A stretch of 64,000 bases of DNA. Origin: Oceanispirochaeta sp. Its GTDB lineage: Bacteria; Spirochaetota; Spirochaetia; DSM-2461. Both the position numbers and the translations under genes were made by a program. Where the stretch lies: NCBI GenBank assembly GCA_963666275.2, contig CAXXOA010000001.1, positions 832,001 to 896,000 of the forward strand. Direction: 5' to 3'. Below the pieces are notes generated by a model that did not search any database, was not told the origin of the DNA, and worked only from the letters and a program-made list of their open reading frames with translations. Positions 51,594-60,488 of the stretch are shown one piece after another (position 1 is the first letter of the stretch; each line of letters starts with the position of its first letter).

Positions 51594-52268
51594 TTGCCGG
51601 AAGCTGATTATAACCGGATTGCCCCTCACCTGGAATTGATAACCTTCTCTTTGGGAGACGTTCTCTACGAATCGGGCAGCCAATTCAATTATGTCTATTT
51701 TCCCACCACTGCCATTATCTCGCTGCTATCGTTGATGGAGAACGGTTCTTCTGCCGAAATATCCATTGTCGGGTTTGAAGGAATTGTCGGCATTGCCCTT
51801 TTTATGGGCGGAGAAACCATGGCTAATCGAGCTGTTGTGCAGAGCGCCGGGATGGCCTTCCGACTGAATGGTCGACTCCTGAAGCAGGAATTCAACCGCG
51901 CCGGACCCTTTCAGCATCTGCTGCTTCGCTATACCATGGCCTTTATCGCCCAGATGGCACAGACTGCCGTTTGTAATCGCCACCACTCGATAGACCAGCA
52001 ACTCTGCCGCTGGCTGCTGCTCAGTCTTGATCGTCTACCTTCGAACGAACTGAGCATGACCCAGGAACTCATAGCAAACATGCTTGGAGTGCGCCGTGAA
52101 GGTGTCACTGAAGCCGCAGGGAAACTACAGAACGCCGGTCTGATTGATTACCATAGGGGACGTATTACCGTATTGGACAGACCTGGGCTTGAAGCCCGGG
52201 TTTGTGAATGCTATGAAGTGGTTAGGAATGAGTTTGCCCGTTTACTTCCTGACTCTATTGCGGAATAA
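51594..52268 (+). CDS. Crp/Fnr family transcriptional regulator (true start probably upstream)
   Basis: VYFPT, G.EG, AVCNRHHS..QQLCRWLL, TQELIANMLGVRREGVTEAAG.L HTH. Confidence 0.93.
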   Translation: MPEADYNRIAPHLELITFSLGDVLYESGSQFNYVYFPTTAIISLLSLMENGSSAEISIVGFEGIVGIALFMGGETMANRAVVQSAGMAFRLNGRLLKQEFNRAGPFQHLLLRYTMAFIAQMAQTAVCNRHHSIDQQLCRWLLLSLDRLPSNELSMTQELIANMLGVRREGVTEAAGKLQNAGLIDYHRGRITVLDRPGLEARVCECYEVVRNEFARLLPDSIAE

Positions 52269-52449
52269 TCCTTCTCATCAAATTTTCCTTTAGTATATCG
52301 AAGGCTGCAGGCATGGTGAGACCGAAATCCGCCAAGCGGACATGAACCCGTCCGTCCACCGCCCAGACTCGTTCAAGTTCTTGCAAGGGAGTCAAAGCAA
52401 TTCCCCGTCACATTAACATCATTCAAATATATTCCTGCAAAGTTCATCG

Positions 52450-52471
52450 GTCTGTTCGCTTTCGAACAGAC
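52450..52471. promoter_or_regulatory. Crp-family-type box 1 (class II position)
   Basis: Perfect palindrome GTCTGTTCG-CTTT-CGAACAGAC; -10-like TACCTT at 52490-52495. Confidence 0.72.
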
Positions 52472-52528
52472 TGGAGCCAAAAAAAAGAATACCTTTAGAA
52501 GTATCAGTTAACAAAAAAGGAGATTGAT

Positions 52529-52795
52529 ATGGAAATCAATGAAGTAAGTAAAACGGCAAAAAGTAGTTTCGGGTCCTTCTTATCGAACAAACCCCTCTGG
52601 GCATTCTGGATCGCCTATACCCTTCTGTGCGCAATGCTATTCGGTATTTTTTATGGAGTTATCTATCTTATGGCACAGTTATGGTGGGTTCCTGTAATAG
52701 CCATCATTGTCATCGGGATGATTTGGGGAACTCTGGCATATACCCCGGAAAAAATTTTACCTGAAAAGAACGAAACGATGACGAATAATGTTTAA
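52529..52795 (+). CDS. Small two-TM membrane protein
   Basis: RBS AAGGAG and two hydrophobic helices. Confidence 0.7.
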   Translation: MEINEVSKTAKSSFGSFLSNKPLWAFWIAYTLLCAMLFGIFYGVIYLMAQLWWVPVIAIIVIGMIWGTLAYTPEKILPEKNETMTNNV

Positions 52796-52849
52796 GAAGT
52801 CTTTTTGCAGCGAGTCCTTCGAAATATTCCAGGAGCAAAGGATTGATTT

Positions 52850-55399
52850 ATGAATGGAAAACACAATTTTGATGAAGTTCGCAAAATTGCTTATCCCACA
52901 ATTTCCCATGAACTGCTGGAGATAATATGTACAGGTAAAGAAGCAACGAATGAACAGAAAAAAGAAATTGCGGCTATTTCCCATGACTTGGGCAAAAATT
53001 ACTATCCCGAAATTCTGTTTCTGTTAACCTTCAATGAAATAGATAATCCGCAATTGGCCGAAAAGATCTGCCGTAAAATAGCCGTGCATAAAAAGAGCCT
53101 GGAAGAAAAAATCGGAAGACCTATTCTCCTGGAACTTGCGGCTAGAGACTATATTCAATGTAACCACCATGCAGACTCTTCCCTTATGAGAAATCAGGGG
53201 AAAATAATTACCCAAATAGCCAGACAGGCCATAAGAGACAATAATACCAACTGTTTTACTGCAGTACAGCTCCAAATCGATTTACAAAAAGAAATTGATC
53301 GATCTTATCGATATGGATCAACTTTTTCCATTATTATGATCGATTTAGACAATTTTAAAAGAATAAATGATTCCTTTGGCCACCAAAAGGGAGATCAGGT
53401 ATTACAATTTTTTGCTTCTCTCATAGAGGAGCATCTTCGGAAACCGGACAATCTCTATCGTTTCGGGGGAGACGAATTCCTCATTCTTCTTCCACAAACA
53501 AATATCAAAGGGACAGGTCAAATAGCCGATAAGCTGATTAAGCTTTTAAATACCACCACATGCGAAACCATTGATCAGACCATATCGATCAGTATGGGAA
53601 TCTCATCTTTTGAAAATAATCATGGTCACAGCCGCGAAGAAATAATAAAGAATGCAGACCAGGCTCTTTTCAAGGCAAAAAGTGAGGGGAAAAACCAAAT
53701 TGCTCTCTGGATAAATGGAAAATGTGAAATATTGGATTCTGGAAAAGATGCCTCACCCCAAAAACCGGCAGAAAGGAATATTAAAATCTCCTGCCATAAG
53801 ATTATACCTGGATGTGCTATCGGCCGTATATTTATTTTTGATGACAATTTCACCAGCCGAGTCAGGCAATACGATATAAAAGAGAACGAAAAAAAAGAGG
53901 AGCTGGAAAGAATAAAGAGGGCCATTAGCAGTGTTGCCGATGATCTATCAAAAATGGAGAGTAATGTAAATGAAGAATTAAATAAGGATCATGGGGCCAT
54001 TTTTCTTGTCCATAAAATGATTCTTCAGGATATTTCCATCATAAATGACATAGAAACGGAATTAGGCGACAGGTTACTGAATGGAGAGATAATCGTTAGA
54101 GATATTTTTCGGAGACTGGAAAAAAGGTTTCTCCTTTTTGAAGATGAGCAACGCCGGGAAAAGGCAAAAGATATAAGGGATATTGCCGGTAGACTAGTTA
54201 GAAAGCTTCAAGGGAAGGACCATAATATCCTTTCATCACTTCCGAAAAACACCATTCTCGTATCTCAAAGACTTCTCCCTTCTGATACGGTATTTATTGA
54301 TAAAAAACATGTAAAGGCGATCATCACTGGTGAAGGCAGCCGTGGTTCACATTCTGCTATACTGGCCCGTGCATTGGGCATTCCCTATGTAACCATCGAT
54401 AGGAAGATTGATATACTGCCCAATAAATCTCATGTGATTGTAGACAGTGATGGCAGAACCATATTCATTAACCCCGATGCGATTCTTTCAGATAAGTACA
54501 AAGAGCGGATAAAAGAGGAATCTAAAGAAAATCAGGAGCAGGATATTTCCTGGGAACCCATCGAATTCGGTGGAAGAAAGATATCGATATTAGCCAATGT
54601 TTCCTCTGAAGAGGAAGCCCTTGATGCCCTGTCATCCCATGCGGAGGGTGTGGGTCTATTACGGGTGGAAACCATATATTTATCCAGTCAGATTATGCCT
54701 GATGAGGATTTTCTTCTGTCCCGTTTCATGGAGATTCTAACTCCTCTCAAAGGAAAAGAGATAACCATCAGACTGCTGGATATAGGATCGGATAAAGTTC
54801 CTTCCTATCTGGATCTGGGGAATGAAATTAATCCGGCTCTGGGGCTCAGGGGAATCCGGCTTCTCCTGAAACATAAAAAACTTCTCAAGACTCAGCTATC
54901 CGCCTGCATCAGACTGAACAGAGAGATCCCTGTGAAAATTTTGCTACCCATGGTTTCACTCCCCTCGGAAGTACGGACCGTACGTCACTTAATGAAGGAA
55001 ATCGAGGGAGGGGGAAATATTCAAATAGGGGCGATGATAGAAACGCCAGCATCTTTGTTTCAATTGGATGAGATTATTGAAGTATCAGACTTTATCAGCG
55101 TGGGAACAAATGATCTGTTTCAGTACACCATGACTGCAGACAGGGAAAACAATGAAGTGGCAGAGTATTTTGACAAGGGCTTCCAGATCCTGGAAAATAC
55201 GATAGAGGAAATATTCAGGAAGTCCAGAGAAGCGGGTAAAGACTGTACCGTCTGCGGAGAAATAGCGGGAGACAGCGACCATATTTATGCCATGCTGAAA
55301 AAGGGTCTTACCCAGTTCAGTGTATTACCCAACCTTATTAAGAGGGTCAGGCGGGAAATCTTCGATTACGCTGAGAAAAGCAAGGAGACTACTTTGTAG
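52850..55399 (+). CDS. GGDEF domain-PTS Enzyme I (phosphoenolpyruvate-protein phosphotransferase) fusion
   Basis: DLDNFKRIND.FGH..GD, RKPD and FGGDEF; then AIFLVH.MILQD, GSRGSHSAILARALGIP, GVGLLR.E, IRLLDIG.DK, NPALGLRGIR, MIETP, SVGTNDL, CGE. Confidence 0.9.
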   Translation: MNGKHNFDEVRKIAYPTISHELLEIICTGKEATNEQKKEIAAISHDLGKNYYPEILFLLTFNEIDNPQLAEKICRKIAVHKKSLEEKIGRPILLELAARDYIQCNHHADSSLMRNQGKIITQIARQAIRDNNTNCFTAVQLQIDLQKEIDRSYRYGSTFSIIMIDLDNFKRINDSFGHQKGDQVLQFFASLIEEHLRKPDNLYRFGGDEFLILLPQTNIKGTGQIADKLIKLLNTTTCETIDQTISISMGISSFENNHGHSREEIIKNADQALFKAKSEGKNQIALWINGKCEILDSGKDASPQKPAERNIKISCHKIIPGCAIGRIFIFDDNFTSRVRQYDIKENEKKEELERIKRAISSVADDLSKMESNVNEELNKDHGAIFLVHKMILQDISIINDIETELGDRLLNGEIIVRDIFRRLEKRFLLFEDEQRREKAKDIRDIAGRLVRKLQGKDHNILSSLPKNTILVSQRLLPSDTVFIDKKHVKAIITGEGSRGSHSAILARALGIPYVTIDRKIDILPNKSHVIVDSDGRTIFINPDAILSDKYKERIKEESKENQEQDISWEPIEFGGRKISILANVSSEEEALDALSSHAEGVGLLRVETIYLSSQIMPDEDFLLSRFMEILTPLKGKEITIRLLDIGSDKVPSYLDLGNEINPALGLRGIRLLLKHKKLLKTQLSACIRLNREIPVKILLPMVSLPSEVRTVRHLMKEIEGGGNIQIGAMIETPASLFQLDEIIEVSDFISVGTNDLFQYTMTADRENNEVAEYFDKGFQILENTIEEIFRKSREAGKDCTVCGEIAGDSDHIYAMLKKGLTQFSVLPNLIKRVRREIFDYAEKSKETTL

Positions 55400-56241
55400 T
55401 TTTATTCAACTCATTCCATAAATGGCTGCAATAGTAAATGGACATATGATCCTCAACGTCTCTATACGTACCAGTTTATTCAGACCAACAAAATAATGCT
55501 TCCATTCTGTAACGGAACGCCCGACATATCTTTTAAATATACTCATTTTAGACCAAAAGCCGGTATGGTTTTTCCGTCTTCTCATTTTGTTTAAAGTAGA
55601 AAAGGTTCTATTAATTTGCTTCAGGATAGTTTTCCCCATTATTTTCCTTTGACCGGCGAAATCAGGTTCTTCTTTATCCATAACGATGTGTCCCTCTTCT
55701 GATATATACACCAATGTTCCTAAATGGCTGAAATTAAAATCGATTTTAGGTAAATCAGGTGGAACAAGAGGAACTGGGTCATCATGATTCACAATTCTCC
55801 AACTTGTTTTAGCGGCTGAAAGAGCAATGAGTTCCTGGTCACCAAAGCGGGGAGCCCCAAAGGTATACAGACCAAAACTGGAGTCATGTTTGGTAAAGGC
55901 TAAACCAGCAAGGGCTCCGCCAAGACTATGCCCTGTAAACCATAAAAATCTCTTGGGGTTCTCTTCTATAAGCTGGTCCAGAAAGATCTTTACTCCCGTT
56001 GGATTTTCCCAAACACTATCTAAAGCCTTTGCAAATCCTTGGTGAACCTTACCGCCCTGTTCAAGATGACAATAGGCCAGGAAAGAACATTCAGAAAACC
56101 ACCATGCATTAACTGGTGAATAGTTTGTTTTTTGATTTGAAGAGGAAATTTTTCTCCATTTTCGAAATAAACATAATTCATATCAGGAGGTAATTCCGGA
56201 TTTTCAGGAACATCTTTATAACGGATTTTTGGCAATGTCAT
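55389..56241 (-). pseudogene. Class 3 lipase, degraded
   Basis: VHQGF, TGHSLGGALA, YTFGAPRFGD and VNHDDPVPLVP lie in one frame; the N-terminus and the C-terminal DH..IYY lie in other frames; the FRGT segment is absent. Confidence 0.8.
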
Positions 56242-56395
56242 TTTAGTCAAACTTTTCTCCTGTAGAGTTTTACATCCCTTGGGCAAGAACATCTCAACTT
56301 CAGAATGCCCTGTTTGCTTTATCGCATTTCTCCTATAACTCTGACCAAAACTATTTGGATTGTTCCTATGGTCCCACCTTGTTTTTCATAAAGAC

Positions 56396-57142
56396 CTACC
56401 TGGATTTACCCTGATTTGCCACAGCCGCTTCTGCTTTGGCAATTTCTTCGGAGTTTCCGATGTAGTAATGCCTGATTGGTTTGAGATTGTTGTCCAGTTC
56501 GTATACCAGCGGAACACCGGTCGGAATGTTGAGCTCGACGACTTCCTCTTCAGAAAGCTTGTCCAGGTATTTGACCAGGGCCCGCAAACTGTTGCCATGA
56601 GCGACAATGACAACTCGTTTGCCCGACTTGACCACCGGGGCGATTTTTTGGTCCCAATAGGGCCACACACGGCCGAGGGTTAGTTTGAGCGATTCGGTCG
56701 CCGGTAGTTCGACGGGCGTCAGCCTATCATAACGGCGGTCAAATCGGGGATGTCTTTCATCATTCTCTCCCAGTCCAGGAGGTGTAATGCTAAAGCTGCG
56801 GCGCCAGATTAGGACCTGTTCATCGCCAAACCTGGCGGCTGTATCGGCTTTATTCAGCCCCTGGAGGGAACCGTAGTGGCGTTCATTTAATTCCCAGGCC
56901 CGGATCACGGGAATCCATTCCAGGTTGAGCTCAGACATCACCGACCATAAGGTTTTAATAGCGCGCTTCAGTACGGAAGTAAAGGCTGTGTCAAAAGTGT
57001 ATCCTCCACAGCGCAATACGTCTCCCGCCTTTTGGGCTTCCACGAGGCCCTGAGCGCTTAAGTCCACATCTGTCCAGCCGGTAAAGCGGTTTTCCAGGTT
57101 CCAGGTGCTTTGTCCATGACGAATCAATACGAGTTTATGCAT
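56396..57142 (-). CDS. gpmA: 2,3-bisphosphoglycerate-dependent phosphoglycerate mutase
   Basis: [53 protein letters not shown]; start ATG 57142. Confidence 0.96.
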   Translation of the reverse strand: MHKLVLIRHGQSTWNLENRFTGWTDVDLSAQGLVEAQKAGDVLRCGGYTFDTAFTSVLKRAIKTLWSVMSELNLEWIPVIRAWELNERHYGSLQGLNKADTAARFGDEQVLIWRRSFSITPPGLGENDERHPRFDRRYDRLTPVELPATESLKLTLGRVWPYWDQKIAPVVKSGKRVVIVAHGNSLRALVKYLDKLSEEEVVELNIPTGVPLVYELDNNLKPIRHYYIGNSEEIAKAEAAVANQGKSR

Positions 57143-57155
57143 TTTAAGTTCTCTA

Positions 57156-57515
57156 CTAGTCTTCACGGGTCTGAAGCCCAAAGATTCGACAACCTTTTTT
57201 CATTCGTCCATACATGTTTCTTTTCTTCATCCGCGATGAGAAAAAAAAATGTATTTGTTCAGAATTTTCTAACGCCTTTGATTTCCCTGTATAAAAGCTG
57301 ATGCTCATTTTCTCAATATCCAGGTATTTTCTGTAAAGATCATCCTGAGAGATATCGATATTGAATATATTCTTATCCTTTTTCAAGTCAACAAAACACG
57401 TGATATCTGTTTTTTTTAATATAGTTTCAGGAACAGTTTCTACAAAACAATTAACCAGCCCTGCTTCTCCTGCCAATACACTGGATAGCTCTTTATTCCC
57501 TTGTACATTAGTCAC
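57156..57515 (-). CDS. Hypothetical protein
   Basis: GTG start after a strong AGGAGG; directly upstream of gpmA. Confidence 0.55.
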   Translation of the reverse strand: MTNVQGNKELSSVLAGEAGLVNCFVETVPETILKKTDITCFVDLKKDKNIFNIDISQDDLYRKYLDIEKMSISFYTGKSKALENSEQIHFFFSSRMKKRNMYGRMKKGCRIFGLQTRED

Positions 57516-57603
57516 GGTTACCTCCTAAATCATTTAATAATTAATCAATCCTATACAATCCGCTATCTGGATTAACTCAGTATATGGTCTTTCCACTGGA
57601 TAA

Positions 57604-57625
57604 GTCTGTGCGTTATCGAACAGAC
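57604..57625. promoter_or_regulatory. Crp-family-type box 2 between divergent genes
   Basis: GTCTGTGCG-TTAT-CGAACAGAC; TATCTT at 57644-57649 (+) and TATACT at 57584-57579 (-). Confidence 0.72.
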
Positions 57626-57689
57626 AGGAACAGCCATGAGGATTATCTTGAATACAGAAACAGTTATTGAATAAGAAACGGGAGCGGTT

Positions 57690-60479
57690 ATGTATATTTT
57701 GTTATTTTTAATAATATTTATTTTTGAAGGCTTGCTGATCATCGGCGGTTTCAGGAAAAAAAGAAAAATCTTAAAAATTTTAGGCACTGTACTTCTTACC
57801 ATCACTTGTATATTTTTGTGGTTCATGGGGTTTTGGGCCGATAAATTATGGTTTCAATCACTGGGGTTTATTGACAGATTCTGGACTGAATTTACAGTAA
57901 AACTAGGCTTTGGAATAGTTTCGTTCCTTATGGGCGGCATATTTATGTCCCTATTACTCATTCGTGTAAAAAAGCTCGGGACAGAAATAAAGACCTTTAT
58001 CACGGTCGGTACAGCGCTTATATCAGGATCAATTGGTACAGGTTTATGGGATGAGGCTCTTCTGTTCTTTAACAGAGTTCCTACAGGAACTATTGATCCG
58101 GTATTTGGCCTTGATGTTTCATTCTATATTTTTAGTCTTCCGTTTATTGCAGGCGTACATAAACTGTTAATGAACCTTTCTTTCATTTCCACAATAGTTG
58201 GATTATCGATCCTCGTTATAAGAACCAGAATTACTCTGACAAGTGGAATTATTCAACAAGAGCCTATTGATGATACAGAAAAGGAAACTTCCGGTCCTTT
58301 TTTAGTCGGATCAGCACTCTTGATTCTGTTTTCTGCTTTAGGATTGATAATTCGGCGTTTTCAGCTGTTATACAGCTCTGGAGGTACCGTAAACGGTCCC
58401 GGTTGGACTGAAGTTAATATTAGATTTCCGGCCATGATGGTCGCAGCACTAATAGTTGTTCTTGGGATGTTTTTTATTATCATACCAGGTTTAAGAAAAG
58501 TTAGTGCTTCTCCCTTGAAAAAGTTTAAAAAGTTAAATGAATCATTAAAATCTGTGGGTGTCGTTTTAATGCTGACCACTGTCCTTTGTATTCTGATTAT
58601 CGGAATTATTCCGGGAGTCATTCAGGCCCTGATTGTAGCACCCAACGAGATAACTTATGAACAGCCGTATATTGAAAGAAATATAGAATTCACAAGACGT
58701 GCCTTTAAGCTGAGCCATGTTCAGGAGAAAGAATATCCAATGGACTCAGTAGAATTCGACCGCAGCATTATTGAAGCGAATTCCGCGATAATCAACAATA
58801 CAAGGTTATGGGACTGGCATGCATTGAGTTCAGTGTATCAACAATTTCAGGAAATAAGACTGTATTATAAGTTCGGCGATATTGATATGGATCGCTATGA
58901 GATAAATGGTGAAAAAAGAGCCGTAATGGTTTCCGCCAGAGAAATGGAGTTGTCCAATTTAACGGCCCAGAGTCAGAACTTTGTCAATGAACGCTTTAAA
59001 TACACACATGGTTACGGTATAGCTATGAATACCGTAAATGAATTTACTGCCTCCGGGCTACCCCACCTTCTTATAAAGGACATTCCACCGGTAAGTGAAA
59101 CTTCAGGTCTCGAGGTTACCAGGCCAGAGATTTATTATGGAGAAAGAACGAATTCCTATGTTATTGCCAACAGCAGCGAAAAGGAGTTTGATTTTCCCCA
59201 GGGCGACAAGAATAGCTATGTTAACTACGCAGGCAAAGGCGGAGTCGAGATCAGTAACTTCTTTAGAAAATTCATTTACGGCTTTAAATATAGCAGCACA
59301 AAACTTCTCTTCTCAAATTATCCTCAAAATGACAGCAGGATACTTATGAACAGAAATATAATGAAACGTGTTCAACTTGCCGCTCCATTTCTTAAATTCG
59401 ACAGCGATCCCTATATTGTTTTAATCAATGGTGAGCTCCTATGGTTTATAGATGCCTATACCACCTCAACCAATTATCCTTACAGTGAGCACTTTTCAGG
59501 AACCCTTGACGGTGGAACTATAAGCACACAGGGCCTTTCAAGAGGCATCAACTATGTGAGGAATTCCGTTAAGGCTGTAGTGAATCCATACGATGGGAAA
59601 ATGGATTTCTACATCTATGATGAAGAAGATCCTGTAATAGACGTATGGAACAAAATATACCCAGGTTTGTTTAAACCCAAAGCAAGCATGCCCGATGAAC
59701 TAAAAGAGCATGTAAGATACCCTGCAGATTTCTTACTGATACAGGGTGAAATTTATGCAAAATATCACATGACTGTTCCGGAGGTCTTCTATAACCAGGA
59801 AGATATCTGGGTCCGTGCGACTGAAAAATATTACAGTGAAGTACAGCCTGTAGAGCCCTATTATATTATGTGGGAACGTCAGGGTGAAGATAAGCCTGAA
59901 TTTATTATTATGCTTCCCTACACACCTAAAAACAAGCAGGTTTTGATAGGTTGGATTGCCGGTATGAGCGATCCCGAGCACTACGGCGAGTTAATCGTCT
60001 ATAAGTTTCCAAAAGATAAGAGAGTTTTAGGCCCTCAGCAGGTTGAAACGAAAATAGATCAGGACAGTTTTCTGTCGGGACAGCTATCCCTTTGGGATCA
60101 GAGGGGGTCGAATGTGATCAGAGGGAATATCCTTGCTCTACCGCTTGGAGGAACATTGCTTTATGTTGAGCCCATTTATCTACAGTCGGAGACTGCGGCT
60201 TATCCTGAATTGAGGCTGGTAGTACTCATGCACAATGACAAAATATCCTATGCCGAAACACTTGAGAAAGCCCTCACCGGTCTATATAAAGATTCTGTAC
60301 CTATGGTTCAATATGTAAATACCGGAAATGATAATACCGGAGGCGAGACACAAACCCTGTTAAAGCAGGCCGATGAAGCATTCAGAAACTACCTGGAGGC
60401 AACCGGTGAAGGGAATTTGAGAAAAGCAGGTGAAGAGCTCCAACGATTAAAAGATCTTTTTGAGAATATGCCGGAATAA
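57690..60479 (+). CDS. UPF0182 family membrane protein
   Basis: LWFQSLG, DPVFGLDVSFY.F.LP, PNE...E.PYI..NI..TR.AF, RLWD, YTHGYG, NYVRNSVK, LLYVEPIY. Confidence 0.93.
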   Translation: MYILLFLIIFIFEGLLIIGGFRKKRKILKILGTVLLTITCIFLWFMGFWADKLWFQSLGFIDRFWTEFTVKLGFGIVSFLMGGIFMSLLLIRVKKLGTEIKTFITVGTALISGSIGTGLWDEALLFFNRVPTGTIDPVFGLDVSFYIFSLPFIAGVHKLLMNLSFISTIVGLSILVIRTRITLTSGIIQQEPIDDTEKETSGPFLVGSALLILFSALGLIIRRFQLLYSSGGTVNGPGWTEVNIRFPAMMVAALIVVLGMFFIIIPGLRKVSASPLKKFKKLNESLKSVGVVLMLTTVLCILIIGIIPGVIQALIVAPNEITYEQPYIERNIEFTRRAFKLSHVQEKEYPMDSVEFDRSIIEANSAIINNTRLWDWHALSSVYQQFQEIRLYYKFGDIDMDRYEINGEKRAVMVSAREMELSNLTAQSQNFVNERFKYTHGYGIAMNTVNEFTASGLPHLLIKDIPPVSETSGLEVTRPEIYYGERTNSYVIANSSEKEFDFPQGDKNSYVNYAGKGGVEISNFFRKFIYGFKYSSTKLLFSNYPQNDSRILMNRNIMKRVQLAAPFLKFDSDPYIVLINGELLWFIDAYTTSTNYPYSEHFSGTLDGGTISTQGLSRGINYVRNSVKAVVNPYDGKMDFYIYDEEDPVIDVWNKIYPGLFKPKASMPDELKEHVRYPADFLLIQGEIYAKYHMTVPEVFYNQEDIWVRATEKYYSEVQPVEPYYIMWERQGEDKPEFIIMLPYTPKNKQVLIGWIAGMSDPEHYGELIVYKFPKDKRVLGPQQVETKIDQDSFLSGQLSLWDQRGSNVIRGNILALPLGGTLLYVEPIYLQSETAAYPELRLVVLMHNDKISYAETLEKALTGLYKDSVPMVQYVNTGNDNTGGETQTLLKQADEAFRNYLEATGEGNLRKAGEELQRLKDLFENMPE

Positions 60480-60488
60480 AAGGGGAGA

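Noticed and set aside
52300..52410. GC-rich intergenic patch as a tRNA or ncRNA
   Set aside because: Only a short TCCGC/GCGGA hairpin; no cloverleaf or T-loop consensus.
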